NCBI GenBank assembly: GCA_963663165.1
Contig: OY760175.1
Coordinates: 1-64,000, forward strand
Direction of reading: 5' to 3'
Source of the DNA: an uncultured Desulfospira sp.
Lineage (GTDB): Bacteria; Desulfobacterota; Desulfobacteria; Desulfobacterales; Desulfobacteraceae
Length of the DNA stretch: 64,000 bases
Shown here: piece by piece, positions 39,082 through 50,236 of the stretch
How the letters are laid out: each line of letters starts with the position of its first letter
How positions within the stretch are numbered: position 1 is the first letter of the stretch
Made by a program: the position numbers and the translations under genes
The notes under the pieces: generated by a model
What the model saw: only the letters and a program-made list of their open reading frames with translations
Databases searched by the model: none
What the model was told of the DNA's origin: nothing

Positions 39082-39957
39082 TCAGCGCACCCCCTGGGCA
39101 ATGCCGAAAAGTCCCCTGGGTTTGAACAAAAGCACCAGAATGATCACGGCAAAGGCAATAAAATCTTTGTAATCCGGAGAGATGAAAATCAGGCTTACGT
39201 TTTCGGCAACCCCGATGAACAATCCGCCGGCCAGGGCCCCCCAGATATTTCCGGCCCCGCCCATGAGAACGGCGGCAAAGGCTTTGACCAGGCTGTTCAT
39301 TCCCATCATGGGATCCAGGCTGGTGTCAAGGCCCAGCAGAATCCCGCCGGTTCCGGCAAACACGGCCGCCAGCACCCAGATGGCAACGGTTATTTTTTTC
39401 ATGTCAATCCCCATGATGGCGGCAAGCTCCATATTATCGGACACCGCCCGCAGGGATTTGCCCAGAAGGGTTCTGGTTAATATCAGGTAAAGGATCATGA
39501 AAAAGGTAAGAGACAGCAGCAGGGTCAGCACCTGGATCCGGGTGACATAGATGCCGGAAAACACCAGGCCGTCGGACAGGGGCAGGTCAAAGGTGCGAAG
39601 ATCCGACCCCCAGCATAAGCGAACTGCATTTCTCATCAGGTAGGACAGCCCGATGGAGGCAATGAGAATGGAGATGGGGTTGCTTTGCCGAAGGGGCCGG
39701 TACACGGCATAATCCTGGGCAAGGGCAAGAAGAACGGTGATGACAAGGGCCGGAAAGCAGGCCAGATAGACCGGCAGCCCAAAGGGCGGACCTGTGAACA
39801 TCAGCGAAAGGTACGCCCCCCAGGTGATCAGCTCCCCATGGGAGAAGTTGATGAACTTGAACACGGCGTATACCATGGCCAGGCCCACGGCAAACATGGC
39901 ATACACCGATCCGGCCAGAATGCCGTTCACCAGCAGTTGTATGTAATATGTACTCAT
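39082..39957 (-). CDS. ABC permease (LivH-like)
   Basis: INFSHGE, GKSLRAVSDN and FKPRGLFG motifs. Confidence 0.92.
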   Translation of the reverse strand: MSTYYIQLLVNGILAGSVYAMFAVGLAMVYAVFKFINFSHGELITWGAYLSLMFTGPPFGLPVYLACFPALVITVLLALAQDYAVYRPLRQSNPISILIASIGLSYLMRNAVRLCWGSDLRTFDLPLSDGLVFSGIYVTRIQVLTLLLSLTFFMILYLILTRTLLGKSLRAVSDNMELAAIMGIDMKKITVAIWVLAAVFAGTGGILLGLDTSLDPMMGMNSLVKAFAAVLMGGAGNIWGALAGGLFIGVAENVSLIFISPDYKDFIAFAVIILVLLFKPRGLFGIAQGVR

Positions 39958-39960
39958 CTA

Positions 39961-41058
39961 CTATTTGTAGTCGGTAATTTTTCCGTCCTTGACCGTCCAC
40001 CGGCCATAGGTCGCACCTACATCCCCGTTTTCATCAAAGGTCTTGTCTCCGGTGGTGCCCACAAACCCCTGGCTTGCCTGCATCAGAGCCTCTCTGATGG
40101 CGTCGGCATCCGTGGACCCGGCCAGGGAAAGGGCCTTGGCTGTCAGTTTGACCATGTCATAGTTGTACTCGCCAAATACCGGGATCTTCTTTCCGGGATA
40201 TTTTTTCTCCCAGGCGGCTTTAAATGCCTGGTACTCGGGCGTATCCTGGGAAAAGGTCGGGTAGGTCCCGATAATGCCCTCACAGGACTTGCCGGCCAGT
40301 TCCACCAGTTTGGGAGATTTGGATGCGGACCCCATGAGCCACTGGGTGGTCAGTCCGGTTTCATGGGCCTGTTTGAGAATGGTGCCGCCTTCTTTAATAT
40401 AGGTCAGGTTGACCACGGCTTCGGGGTTGTACCGCTTGATCCTGAAGATTTCGCTTCTGTAATCAGTTTTGCCTTCGGCATGGGGCAGCTCTTCAATGAT
40501 GTTGCCGCCGGCCTGGGTGAATTTTTCCTTGAAAACATCGGCTAAGCCCACGCCCCAGTCATTGTTCACGTAGGTAAGGACTACCTGTTTATATCCCAAT
40601 GAAGCGGTCAGTTCCGCCACACCGATGCCCTGCAGCAGATCGGAAGGAAAAATCCGGAAAACGTAGGAACCGCATTTGGTAATGGATGCGGCCGCGCTTT
40701 CCGCGCCCAGAAGAATGGTTTTATTGTTCTGGGCAATGGGGCATACGGCCAGAAAGTTGGAGCTTGCCGCCGGCCCGAAGATCAGGGGCAGTTTGTCAAT
40801 GGTGATCAGTTTCTGGATGGCGGACACCGATCCTTTGGATGTGGAGTTGTTGTCTTCATATACAATCTCCATGGGGCTGCCGTTAATGCCGCCCTGGGCA
40901 TTGATTTCATCTAAGGCCAGCAGCATGGCCTGCTGGAAGCCTTCTCCGTAAACGGCGAGTTTGCCCGTCAACGGCGTGACCGACCCGACCTTAACCGTTC
41001 CGGCAAAGGCATATCCGGCAAACAAAAACAAGATAGCGCAAACAAAGAATTTTTTCAT
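39961..41058 (-). CDS. ABC substrate-binding protein (LivK/LivJ-like)
   Basis: Signal peptide; PLTG, INAQGGING and GTTGDKTFDENGD motifs. Confidence 0.92.
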   Translation of the reverse strand: MKKFFVCAILFLFAGYAFAGTVKVGSVTPLTGKLAVYGEGFQQAMLLALDEINAQGGINGSPMEIVYEDNNSTSKGSVSAIQKLITIDKLPLIFGPAASSNFLAVCPIAQNNKTILLGAESAAASITKCGSYVFRIFPSDLLQGIGVAELTASLGYKQVVLTYVNNDWGVGLADVFKEKFTQAGGNIIEELPHAEGKTDYRSEIFRIKRYNPEAVVNLTYIKEGGTILKQAHETGLTTQWLMGSASKSPKLVELAGKSCEGIIGTYPTFSQDTPEYQAFKAAWEKKYPGKKIPVFGEYNYDMVKLTAKALSLAGSTDADAIREALMQASQGFVGTTGDKTFDENGDVGATYGRWTVKDGKITDYK

Positions 41059-41342
41059 GGCATCCTCTTTTTAAACTATGGTCATCATAAATAAAAAAAC
41101 CGCAGCCGCTGCCCCGGTATCCGGTGCTGTTCGGCTGCCGCAATAAAGGCGTTATGGTCATGTTTTAAAAACTATTTGGTGCCTTACGCTCGATTTTCTG
41201 CTTAAAAAACAAGAAAATGAGAGTGACGCATAATGAATCACCTACACCAAATGGGTTGCGGGCAGTGCCCGCTTTAGACCATAAAAACAGCCTTTGTTTA
41301 GCAGTAATTGGGGTTCATGTAAAGAATCGATAGAATCAAAAT

Positions 41343-42965
41343 TCAGAGAATTTTGTTGATTTTGTTTTGAAGCTGATCTGCGGTGAACGGTTTTTTTATA
41401 AAATCCGTCGCCCCTGCCTTTTTTGCAAGCTGCAATTGAGACAGATCGGATTCCGTGGTGACCATGACAATGGGGATGTTATTCATTAAAGCATTTGCCC
41501 TGACTTTCCGGGTTAACTCTATACCCGTCATTACCGGCATGTTCAGGTCTGTTAAGATCAGGTCAAAGGCGTGGTCCTTTTCCAGTATGTCCAATGCCAG
41601 CCGGCCGTTTTCAGCGGCCTTGGACATCATTCCCATATCTGAAGTAACGCTGTGGTAAAACAGCAGCATGGATTTGGAATCATCCACAATGAGTATTTTC
41701 TTTTTGGCCTGATTTGAGAAACCCGATGAAATTTTAACGGCATCAGATTGGGGTCGTTCTCCTCCCATGGATTTAAGTCTGGTGGAAAATGCGCCCATAA
41801 TGCCCGTGTTGTTAGATCTGCCAATGGCATTTATCATTGCCCCGGCAATTGTTTCATCGTCGTAAAGGGCTTCGAACACGTTCAGCGCCTTGGATGCCAC
41901 CACCGCCTGGATTAACCGGGCCCCTTGGTCCCCTTTGTTTTGAATGAGCGCCTTTATTTTTTCCATCACACCCGGATTGATTTGATGATTAAGTGAAGCC
42001 ATCACGGCTATCAACAGGCCAGGGTCCTGTTCTGAAAGAGCCTCGGTAAGGCAGGCAAGGCTCTTTGGTGAGGGAATTTTACCCAAAGCTTCATATACAA
42101 CAAACCGGACATTGGGGTGATCAATGCGTCCCTTGTCAACGGCATCTGCTAAGAATTTTGCGCCGTTATGATCCCCCATATCCCCAAGAAGGCTTGCGGC
42201 CATGATCTGCAAATCCGTATCATCATTTAAGATAAACGGTGCAATAAACGGGATGGTTTCAGGGCCAAGTTTTGTCAGCGCTTCATGAATGATTCGCCTG
42301 GCGATGGGATTGCGGTGATGAATATGTGCTGCCAGAAACGATACGGCCTTGTCCGTGTCGATCACTGCCAGGGCATCAATGGCACTGGCCACGACCATAT
42401 CACATTCTTCATAGCGGTCATCGGCTTCAGATTCCTTGATGATACGGCACAGGGCGTCAATGGACTGAGCATCCTTAAAAATTCCAATGGTTTTAACCGC
42501 TAAGGATGCGATCAGAGAATCATTATGGCCTATATATTGTCGGAATAATTCAAGGGTTTCAGGGGCCTGTATCAGTGACAGCGCTGAAAGAATCTTAAAC
42601 GCTTCACTGTAACGGGGGTGCCCGGAGGTTAATTCAGGTGAAGGGTCTGAGACAAGATCAGAAAAAAGGGTTAGCAAAACCGGGGCGGCCGGCGGACACT
42701 TTTTCTGGCAGCAGACCTGTAAGCTGATGTTCTTTATGGTTATATCGTCAAACAACAGGCCTTTTACAGTTTGCTCTTCATTTTCAAGCAAAAGTGACCT
42801 GAGGCTGTTTTGGGCCACGAACACCGCCGGATCCAATGGGTCGCTCTCTTTGCATAGCTCGAAAAGGTCAGGGATCGCATCATGGACCTTTTTATTTTCA
42901 ATCTCCTGAAGAATTTTAATCTGGTCAATAAAATCCTTTGAGGAAAAATTTTTAAGCTCGTTCAT
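41343..42965 (-). CDS. HEAT-repeat protein with C-terminal receiver domain
   Basis: Helical repeats; ILIVDDS, DLNMPVMTG and KPF motifs. Confidence 0.88.
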   Translation of the reverse strand: MNELKNFSSKDFIDQIKILQEIENKKVHDAIPDLFELCKESDPLDPAVFVAQNSLRSLLLENEEQTVKGLLFDDITIKNISLQVCCQKKCPPAAPVLLTLFSDLVSDPSPELTSGHPRYSEAFKILSALSLIQAPETLELFRQYIGHNDSLIASLAVKTIGIFKDAQSIDALCRIIKESEADDRYEECDMVVASAIDALAVIDTDKAVSFLAAHIHHRNPIARRIIHEALTKLGPETIPFIAPFILNDDTDLQIMAASLLGDMGDHNGAKFLADAVDKGRIDHPNVRFVVYEALGKIPSPKSLACLTEALSEQDPGLLIAVMASLNHQINPGVMEKIKALIQNKGDQGARLIQAVVASKALNVFEALYDDETIAGAMINAIGRSNNTGIMGAFSTRLKSMGGERPQSDAVKISSGFSNQAKKKILIVDDSKSMLLFYHSVTSDMGMMSKAAENGRLALDILEKDHAFDLILTDLNMPVMTGIELTRKVRANALMNNIPIVMVTTESDLSQLQLAKKAGATDFIKKPFTADQLQNKINKIL

Positions 42966-43297
42966 CAGGATTTCCTTTCTTGTTCTTTATTTTTCCAGTG
43001 ATGTTCTGCAATATAGAGCTTGAGGCTATCCTGGCCGTTGAGTGACACTTTCCAGATTTTTTGATTATATACTTTTCTGCCGACAAATGGAAGTCAGAAC
43101 AAAAATACCACAGTGCCGCTGCCGCACCAAGTGGACGTTCCACAAAAGATCCGCCCCGTTTAATCGCCTTTTATTCCAATCATTTGTCTGGGTCAGGAGT
43201 CATGGATCATGGATCTCGGATTCGGTTTGGTCTTGACAGATCAACTCTGTTGGACTATCGGAGGGTACCCGGAGGCAAGCTAACGTAAAGGAAAGAT

Positions 43298-44500
43298 ATG
43301 ATGAAAAAAGAGTGGGATTTTGATCAGGTGGTGGACCGCAGCCATACGGCTTCCGTGAAGTGGGCGCCCAAGGTGTTGTCTGCGGTTTTCGGCAAAGGCA
43401 GGGAAAATCTGCTCCCCTTGTGGGTGGCAGACATGGACTTTAAATGCCATCCGGCCATCCGCAAGGCCATGGAAAAACGGCTTGAGCATCAGGTATATGG
43501 CTACAGCCTTATGGACCCGTCTTATCTGCCGGCCCTGGTCTCCTGGTACAAAAGACGGCACCGGTGGGAAATTGATCCCTCCTGGGTGCTGACCACCCCC
43601 GGGGTGGTCCCGGCCATCAACTATATGGTCCAGCGCTTTTCCCTTCCCGGCGACAAGGTGCTGATCCAGACACCGGTATATTATCCCTTTGCCAGGGCCA
43701 TTTTGAACAACGGCCGGCAGGTGCTTGAAAATCCCCTTCAGGTGCAGGAAGGCCGATACCTTATGAATCTTGAAGATTTAGCGCAAAAAGTGAAAGACCC
43801 AAGGGTCAAACTGGCCATCCTGTGCAGCCCCCACAACCCTGTGGGCCGGGTCTGGAAAAAGAAAGAACTGGAAGACTTTGGCCGGATATGCATTGAAAAT
43901 AATGTGCTGGTGGTTTCCGATGAGATCCACTGTGATTTGATCATGCCGGGAAACGAGCATGTCTGTTTCCCCTCCATTTCAAAATCCTTTGCCGACCATT
44001 CCATCACCTGTGTGGCTGCCAGCAAGACCTTTAACTTAGCCGGCCTCCAGCAGTCCAGTATTGTTATTCCCGATTCTTGCCTCCGGCAGGAAATGGTTTG
44101 CCAGATCGAGAATTTAGGCTGTTCCAACGGCATTGGCGGCACCCTTTTCGGGGCTGTTGCTGCGGCTGCCGCTTACAATGAAGCCGAGGCCTGGCTGGAT
44201 GATCTGATCTTATATATTTATGAAAATTATAAGATTTTAAAATCCGTTTTTGAAAAGCAACTTCCCGGGGTAACCGTGCATGACCTTGAGGGGACCTATC
44301 TTTCATGGGTGGATTTCAACGGCCTTGGCCTTGAAGACAGCGAAGTTATACAGCTTTTGGAGGAAAAGGCCGGGGTTGGCCTGGACCATGGATCCTGGTT
44401 CGGTGAAAACGGCAAGGGGTTTGAGCGGTTCAACCTTGCCTGCCCCAGGGCCATATTGGAAAAAGCGGTGAACGCCGTTGTATCCGCCTTTAAAGACTGA
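43298..44500 (+). CDS. MalY/PatB PLP-dependent C-S lyase
   Basis: PLWVADMDF, CSPHNPVGR, SDEIHCD and SKTFNLAG motifs. Confidence 0.93.
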   Translation: MMKKEWDFDQVVDRSHTASVKWAPKVLSAVFGKGRENLLPLWVADMDFKCHPAIRKAMEKRLEHQVYGYSLMDPSYLPALVSWYKRRHRWEIDPSWVLTTPGVVPAINYMVQRFSLPGDKVLIQTPVYYPFARAILNNGRQVLENPLQVQEGRYLMNLEDLAQKVKDPRVKLAILCSPHNPVGRVWKKKELEDFGRICIENNVLVVSDEIHCDLIMPGNEHVCFPSISKSFADHSITCVAASKTFNLAGLQQSSIVIPDSCLRQEMVCQIENLGCSNGIGGTLFGAVAAAAAYNEAEAWLDDLILYIYENYKILKSVFEKQLPGVTVHDLEGTYLSWVDFNGLGLEDSEVIQLLEEKAGVGLDHGSWFGENGKGFERFNLACPRAILEKAVNAVVSAFKD

Positions 44501-44578
44501 AGACCCAAACGGCTAAGGCAGGTTCCGGTCTCCAGCTGTCCGGTCTCCGGTTCCCAGTTTCCGGCCTCTCCTAATTTC

Positions 44579-45397
44579 TTATCCCTCCCAGATGGACAGC
44601 AGTTCGGGCAGAAATTTCCCCCCGGGTCCGTCCAGGACAATCCCCCGGTCATGACGGGCGGCAAACTGCCGGAACGGGTTATCTTCCAGGTTAATGTCTA
44701 TAATCACCGCTTCAGGGTTCCGGGCCACCATCATGCCGATCTGCATGGGAAGGTTGGTGGCCCCGGCCGTGCCCACCACCAGGAGAAGGTCCGTGGCCGC
44801 CGCCCATGCCATGGCCGATTCCGCCTTGAACCAGGTCTCGTTGTAACATTCGTCAAACCAGAGGACATGGGGCCGGGCAAGGCCGCCGCAGGCAGGACAG
44901 GTCAGCCGTTCCTTTTCTTCTTCCGAGACGGGCTGGTCTTTTTGCTTGTCGGCCATGCCTTCAGGAAAGGGGAAAAGCTTTGTGGTGCAGTCCCTGGCGC
45001 ACCGGATATAGTGAAGGTTCCCGTGAATCTGAAGGGTCCGCTCAAGGCTGTTGCCGGCCCGCAAATGCAGCCCGTCCACATTCTGGGTGATCAGGCGGAA
45101 CCGGTCCTTGAAAATGCCTTCCATCCGGACAACGGCGTGGTGGCCCCGGTTGGGGTTGGCATTTTTACACACGGTCCACCGGTAAAGGTACCAGGCCCAG
45201 ACCTCCCATGGGTTCCGGGTAAACATGGCATGGGTGGCCATCTGTTCGGGCCGGTACTCTTTTGAGCCCACGGTCCAGTACCCTTCCGGTCCCCGGAAGG
45301 TGGGGATTCCGCTTTCAGCCGAAATCCCGGCCCCGGTTAAAATGGTGATCCGTTTGTTATTGGTCTTAAACGGCTCCAACAGTGCTGCGGTATCCAT
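44579..45397 (-). CDS. Sir2/CobB NAD-dependent deacylase
   Basis: TGAGISAESGIPTFRG, TQNVDGLH, HG and RPHVLWF motifs. Confidence 0.93.
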   Translation of the reverse strand: MDTAALLEPFKTNNKRITILTGAGISAESGIPTFRGPEGYWTVGSKEYRPEQMATHAMFTRNPWEVWAWYLYRWTVCKNANPNRGHHAVVRMEGIFKDRFRLITQNVDGLHLRAGNSLERTLQIHGNLHYIRCARDCTTKLFPFPEGMADKQKDQPVSEEEKERLTCPACGGLARPHVLWFDECYNETWFKAESAMAWAAATDLLLVVGTAGATNLPMQIGMMVARNPEAVIIDINLEDNPFRQFAARHDRGIVLDGPGGKFLPELLSIWEG

Positions 45398-45644
45398 TTG
45401 CCGGCCCCTTTCTTTTTTTTTGTTTCAATTGGTGGTAATTGATACAATTATGTTTCTCATAGGTTGTATCGATTAAGGGTTTTCTTTGCCCTTACTCTAT
45501 GTCTATATTTTCTTTTTGAAATATAAAATCAATGGGTTGCTAAGGTTTTGAATGTGGCGGCACAAGAGTTGCTATTACAGTTTGTAATGAAGGTATATGA
45601 CATTGGGCTGCAATTGAGTAACCCATTAGAAACAGGAGAATACC

Positions 45645-45998
45645 ATGAAACTTAAAGATATAAAAACAGATTATAACCTGATTAACTCTGTGGACTGGGA
45701 CATGACCCCTGAAGAGGCCATTGCCCTTCACCTGGAATGGGGGCCTTTGCGCGGACAGTCTTATTACAATTCCAGGGACAAGGAGAATGAAACCGTTTAT
45801 TTTGTCATCAACACCTGGAAAAAACGGCCCATCCTGACCCTGGTCAGAAGAAAGGGGTTTGATTCTGAGGAACTGGGCAACTTCAATCTGCCGGAAAATC
45901 TCGAACAGGAATTCATGCAGGGCATCGGAAAATACAAAGGGGTTTATGCGGTGGAAGGCCGGGTCCGGGACTGGGTCAAAAAAGAGCTTGAGGCCTGA
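45645..45998 (+). CDS. DVU0772-family protein
   Basis: DWDMTPEEAIALHLEWG, YFVINTW and GVYAV motifs. Confidence 0.8.
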   Translation: MKLKDIKTDYNLINSVDWDMTPEEAIALHLEWGPLRGQSYYNSRDKENETVYFVINTWKKRPILTLVRRKGFDSEELGNFNLPENLEQEFMQGIGKYKGVYAVEGRVRDWVKKELEA

Positions 45999-46712
45999 TT
46001 AGGTGATCATCATGGCGCCCATGAGGATCAGAAAACCAAATACCACTTTCAAATAAAGGGTTTTTTTAAAAAACCGGTAGCAGTAGGAGCCCAAAGCTGT
46101 GCCCAATAAAATAAACGGCGCTGAAATCAGAAAGGTTTTGGCAACGGCAAGGGTGGTTAACCCGCTGATCACATGGGCCGCGACCACGAGAAAGGAGGCA
46201 AAACAGAAAAATCCCGAAAGGGTGGCCTTAATCTCGTCTTTGGTCCAGTTGTTCAAGGTGGTGTAGATGATGGCCGGCGGGCCGCCGGCACTGAAGGCCG
46301 CGCCAATAGCCCCGGTTAAAAATCCGGCCACATACCCCCACCGGCGGTGAATGGGTTTGGGGGGGATGGTAAAAAACAGATTGTACCCTCCATAGCCCAT
46401 TAAGAAGATGCCCATCAGGGTCTGGATAATGGTTGAAGGGACGGTTTTTAAAAAGATGACACCGGCTGCGATGCCGGGCAGGGCCCCCAAAAAAAGGGGC
46501 CCTGCTTTTTTGAAGTCAAAAGACTGCCTTAACTGCAATGTCAGATAGGTGGCAATAATAACCCCGCTCAAAGAGCAGAGCGGTACCGCCGTCTTGATGT
46601 CGATGATTAGGGTAAGCAGCGGGATGGCGACCAGGGCAGACCCGAACCCTGAGACCCCCTGGACCCAGCCGGCCGCAAACATGATCAAACAAATGGGTAT
46701 AATTAAGGACAT
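45999..46712 (-). CDS. TauE/SafE (TSUP) exporter
   Basis: QGVSGFGSAL and SAGGPP motifs; multiple TM segments. Confidence 0.88.
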   Translation of the reverse strand: MSLIIPICLIMFAAGWVQGVSGFGSALVAIPLLTLIIDIKTAVPLCSLSGVIIATYLTLQLRQSFDFKKAGPLFLGALPGIAAGVIFLKTVPSTIIQTLMGIFLMGYGGYNLFFTIPPKPIHRRWGYVAGFLTGAIGAAFSAGGPPAIIYTTLNNWTKDEIKATLSGFFCFASFLVVAAHVISGLTTLAVAKTFLISAPFILLGTALGSYCYRFFKKTLYLKVVFGFLILMGAMMIT

Positions 46713-46800
46713 AATTCACAATGGTTCGTTAATATCAGCAGCCTTTGCTTATACACCATGTAATGGCCGGACCATAGAAAAAAAATTAAAAAAATAAGGT

Positions 46801-46820
46801 GCCTTGACCCAGGTCAAGGC
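46801..46820. promoter_or_regulatory. Crp/Fnr-family (HcpR-like) operator upstream of hcp
   Basis: Palindrome GCCTTGACC-CA-GGTCAAGGC (TTGA-N6-TCAA) about 90 bp before the hcp start. Confidence 0.7.
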
Positions 46821-46909
46821 CCTGACACGATTTAACCGGTATACCTGTCCTTGAGGATTGAAAAAAACAAGGGAACGCTTTGATTAACCCAAAGATCAGG
46901 AGAAACATT

Positions 46910-48547
46910 ATGTTTTGTTTTCAATGTCAGGAAGCTTTGCAAAACAAGGGGTGTACGGTAAACGGTGTCTGCGGTAAAAAGGCGGGGACGGCGGGTCTGC
47001 AGGATCTTCTTATCTGGAATCTTAAGGGGATTGCCGTGTTGGCCCGCAAGGCAGGAAGAACAGATATCCCCGAAGGAACCGGTTCTTTTGTGGCCAAGGC
47101 CTTGTTCACCACCATTACCAATGTGAATTTTGACGATGACAGCCTTAAAAATTGGATCAGTCAGGCCATTAAGGTCAAAAAAGACCTTTATGACCGGGTC
47201 AGGGACGGTCTTGGATCCGGCCTTCATGAATCCGCCACCTGGTTTACCGATGACCCGGCCGGTTTTGAACAAAAGGCAAAATCCACAGGGGTCCTTGAAA
47301 CTGAAAATGAAGATGTCCGTTCCCTTCGCGAACTGCTGGTCATCGGGGTTAAGGGGATCTGTGCCTATGCCGATCATGCCGCTGTCCTGGGGGTTCAAAA
47401 AACTGAAATTTATGATTTCATTTTTGAGGCCCTGGCCTCCACGGTGGAGGATCTGCCACTTGAGGAAATGATCGGCCTGGTTCTCAAGGCCGGGCAGGTG
47501 GCCGTTACCGTCATGGCCGCTCTGGATGAGGCCAATACCACGGCATACGGTCATCCGGAGCTCAGCCGTGTCAATATCGGGGTGGGAACCAGTCCCGGGA
47601 TTCTGATTTCCGGCCATGACCTTAAGGATATGGAAGAGCTTCTGGAACAGACCAAAGACACCGGTGTGGATGTCTATACCCATGGGGAAATGCTGCCGGC
47701 CCATTATTATCCGGCGTTTAAAAAGTACCCTCATCTTAAAGGAAACTACGGCGGGTCCTGGTGGCACCAGAATGAGGAATTTGAATCCTTTAACGGCCCC
47801 ATCCTCATGACCACCAACTGTATTATACCCATGAAAAAATCCAACACCTACCGGGACCGGCTGTTTACCACGGGCCAGGTCTCCTATCCCGGGACGGTTC
47901 ATATCCCGGAAAGGCGCGAGGGGAGCGTCAAAGACTTTTCGGCTCTGGTGGCCCTGGCAAAGACCTGCAACGCCCCGGAAGAACTTGAAACCGGTGAGAT
48001 TGTGGGGGGATTTGCCCGAAACCAGGTCCTGGCCCTGGCCGACAAGGTGGTGGATGCGGTCAAATCAGGTGCCATCAAACGGTTCATTGTCATGGCCGGG
48101 TGCGACGGCCGGCAAAAAGACAGAAGTTATTTTACTACAGTGGCCCAGAAGCTTCCCCAAGATACTGTGATTCTCACGGCCGGGTGCGCCAAGTACCGGT
48201 ATAATAAGCTTGATCTTGGGGGTATTGGCGGGATCCCCCGGGTCCTGGATGCGGGCCAGTGCAATGACTGTTACTCCCTTGCCGTGATTGCCTTAAAACT
48301 TAAGGAAGTTTTCGGCCTTGACGACATCAATGAGCTGCCCTTATCTTTTGATATTGCCTGGTACGAGCAAAAGGCGGTGACGGTTCTTCTGGCCCTGCTG
48401 CATCTTGGGGTTAAGGGCATCCGTCTTGGCCCGACCCTGCCGGCGTTTTTGTCCCCGGCCGTGGTCAATGTCCTGGTGGAGAACTTTGATATCAAGGCCA
48501 TTGGCGACCCGGATGCTGACATTGCCGCCATGATGGAAGGATTATAA
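46910..48547 (+). CDS. hcp: Hybrid cluster protein (hydroxylamine/NO reductase)
   Basis: MFCFQCQE...[24 protein letters not shown] and LDAGQCND motifs. Confidence 0.97.
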   Translation: MFCFQCQEALQNKGCTVNGVCGKKAGTAGLQDLLIWNLKGIAVLARKAGRTDIPEGTGSFVAKALFTTITNVNFDDDSLKNWISQAIKVKKDLYDRVRDGLGSGLHESATWFTDDPAGFEQKAKSTGVLETENEDVRSLRELLVIGVKGICAYADHAAVLGVQKTEIYDFIFEALASTVEDLPLEEMIGLVLKAGQVAVTVMAALDEANTTAYGHPELSRVNIGVGTSPGILISGHDLKDMEELLEQTKDTGVDVYTHGEMLPAHYYPAFKKYPHLKGNYGGSWWHQNEEFESFNGPILMTTNCIIPMKKSNTYRDRLFTTGQVSYPGTVHIPERREGSVKDFSALVALAKTCNAPEELETGEIVGGFARNQVLALADKVVDAVKSGAIKRFIVMAGCDGRQKDRSYFTTVAQKLPQDTVILTAGCAKYRYNKLDLGGIGGIPRVLDAGQCNDCYSLAVIALKLKEVFGLDDINELPLSFDIAWYEQKAVTVLLALLHLGVKGIRLGPTLPAFLSPAVVNVLVENFDIKAIGDPDADIAAMMEGL

Positions 48548-48563
48548 AAAAAAGGAGAATGCC

Positions 48564-49292
48564 ATGAAATGTCCCGGACAAGATACCCAATACTGGAACC
48601 CGGACGCTATCTTTGAAACCAAGTGTCCGGAATGCGGCGGTGCCATGGAATTTTTCAAGGATGACACCACCAGAAGATGCGCCCAATGCGGCAAAAAAAT
48701 GGTGAACCCCAAAATGGATTTTGGATGCGCCTCCTATTGCCAGTTTGCCGAGCATTGCCTGGGAACCCTGCCCGAAGGGGTTTTGGCAAATCGCGACGAC
48801 CTGCTCAAGGACCGGGTGGCCGTGGAGATGAAAAAATATTTTGGCAGAGATTTTAAACGCATCGGCCATGCCGCCAAGGTGGCCGGGTTTGCCGATAAAA
48901 TCGGAAAAGCCCAAGGGGCTGACATGGCTGTGGTCCTCTGTGCGGCCTATCTTCATGATATCGGGATTAAAAATGCCGAGGAAAAATATAACTCGTCGGC
49001 GGCCAAATACCAGGAAATCGAGGGGCCGCCTGTGGCCCGGCAGATCCTTGAAAATTTAGGCGCCAACGAGGTGCTGGTGGAAACGGTCTGCGACATTATC
49101 GGCCACCACCATCACGCAGGACCCAATGAAACCCTTGAGTTCATGTGCCTGTACGATGCGGACATGATCACCAACATGCTGGAGTGCGAGGGGAAAACCC
49201 AGCTGTCCAGTGATGAGTTTACGGCCAAGCTTGACCGGATCCTCATGACCCGGGAAGGGCGCGCCCTGGCCAAAGAGATTCTATTGGCGTAA
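48564..49292 (+). CDS. HD-domain phosphohydrolase with N-terminal Zn ribbon
   Basis: KCPGQD, CPECG, CAQCG, RIGHA, LHDIG and YDAD motifs. Confidence 0.88.
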   Translation: MKCPGQDTQYWNPDAIFETKCPECGGAMEFFKDDTTRRCAQCGKKMVNPKMDFGCASYCQFAEHCLGTLPEGVLANRDDLLKDRVAVEMKKYFGRDFKRIGHAAKVAGFADKIGKAQGADMAVVLCAAYLHDIGIKNAEEKYNSSAAKYQEIEGPPVARQILENLGANEVLVETVCDIIGHHHHAGPNETLEFMCLYDADMITNMLECEGKTQLSSDEFTAKLDRILMTREGRALAKEILLA

Positions 49293-49606
49293 TCGGCCCG
49301 GGAAAAAGGGACTCATCCCCATGAAAAAAGGGGAATTCCCTTTGAACAATACGGTGGAAAATCAGAATACGGGCAATTGGCGCCGGCCTTTTTTTCGCCG
49401 GGTTGATCTTTGAAATTTTGTGGAATTTAGCATAAATCTGTGATTTACTGGACGTCATTTGGGGGGGGAGACTCAAAAAGGAATAAGCGCCTCACATACG
49501 AAGGGAAAAGGGCTTGGCATGGGGGCAGGATCAGGGTTTTGATCAAAGTTGAACACTGAAAAGTGAGATGGCCGCAGATTCCCAAAAAAACAAAAAGGAA
49601 CCATGA

Positions 49607-50236
49607 ATGGAAAAAATAACCAAAACAGCTTGCAGGGTGTTGTTCCTGATGATTTTATTCTGTGTTTCTCCCGCCTTGGCGGAATATGAAATTTTGCTTA
49701 AAAACGGCAGTGTGATCAGAACCGGCTACTACTATGAGGAAGGCGATTTTATTACCTATCAAAAATACGGCGGGTATATAAGCATTCGAAAAAGCAGTGT
49801 GCAGAATCTTTGGGAGGCTCTGCAGGCAGAGCCGTATGAAAAAGTTGTCCCTGATGCCGGCCTGTTTGAGGAATCCGGTGACCGTACCACTCCCCCCCCA
49901 AAAAAAATGGGGGAAGCGGCAGATGGGCGGTATACTGGCAGTTCATCGGAAAGCTCAACCATAAAACAAAAACAATACAAGGTTGACGACGGCTCTTCCA
50001 GTGTTCAGGGAATTCTGCGGTCCCGGAAGGATACCCAATTTGCTGATCCTAAAGCCAATACGGCCGCCAATTATCTTTATGCCGAATATCATCGATTTTT
50101 CAGCATCAAAAAGAATCATTGCGGCAAAAATGATTACAAGTCAAAAGAGCTTTGCAGCGGCGCCGAAGAAGGCCTTCAGGCGATTAAGTATCGGTTGAAG
50201 AAAATGGGGCTGGCCATTCCCCGGGACCCGGATTAA
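49607..50236 (+). CDS. Hypothetical secreted protein
   Basis: Signal peptide ending ALA; ILLKNGSVI motif. Confidence 0.7.
   Translation: MEKITKTACRVLFLMILFCVSPALAEYEILLKNGSVIRTGYYYEEGDFITYQKYGGYISIRKSSVQNLWEALQAEPYEKVVPDAGLFEESGDRTTPPPKKMGEAADGRYTGSSSESSTIKQKQYKVDDGSSSVQGILRSRKDTQFADPKANTAANYLYAEYHRFFSIKKNHCGKNDYKSKELCSGAEEGLQAIKYRLKKMGLAIPRDPD

Noticed and set aside
41245..41290. Riboswitch upstream of the Liv operon (GCGGGCA/TGCCCGC hairpin)
   Set aside because: No match to the riboswitch consensus sequences I can recognise.
44579..45397. Sir2 anti-phage effector
   Set aside because: It is a Zn-binding CobB-type deacylase in a housekeeping context.
46832..47902. Long antisense ORF (also 39685-40545, 38785-39480 and others)
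   Set aside because: Shadow ORFs opposite well-supported genes.
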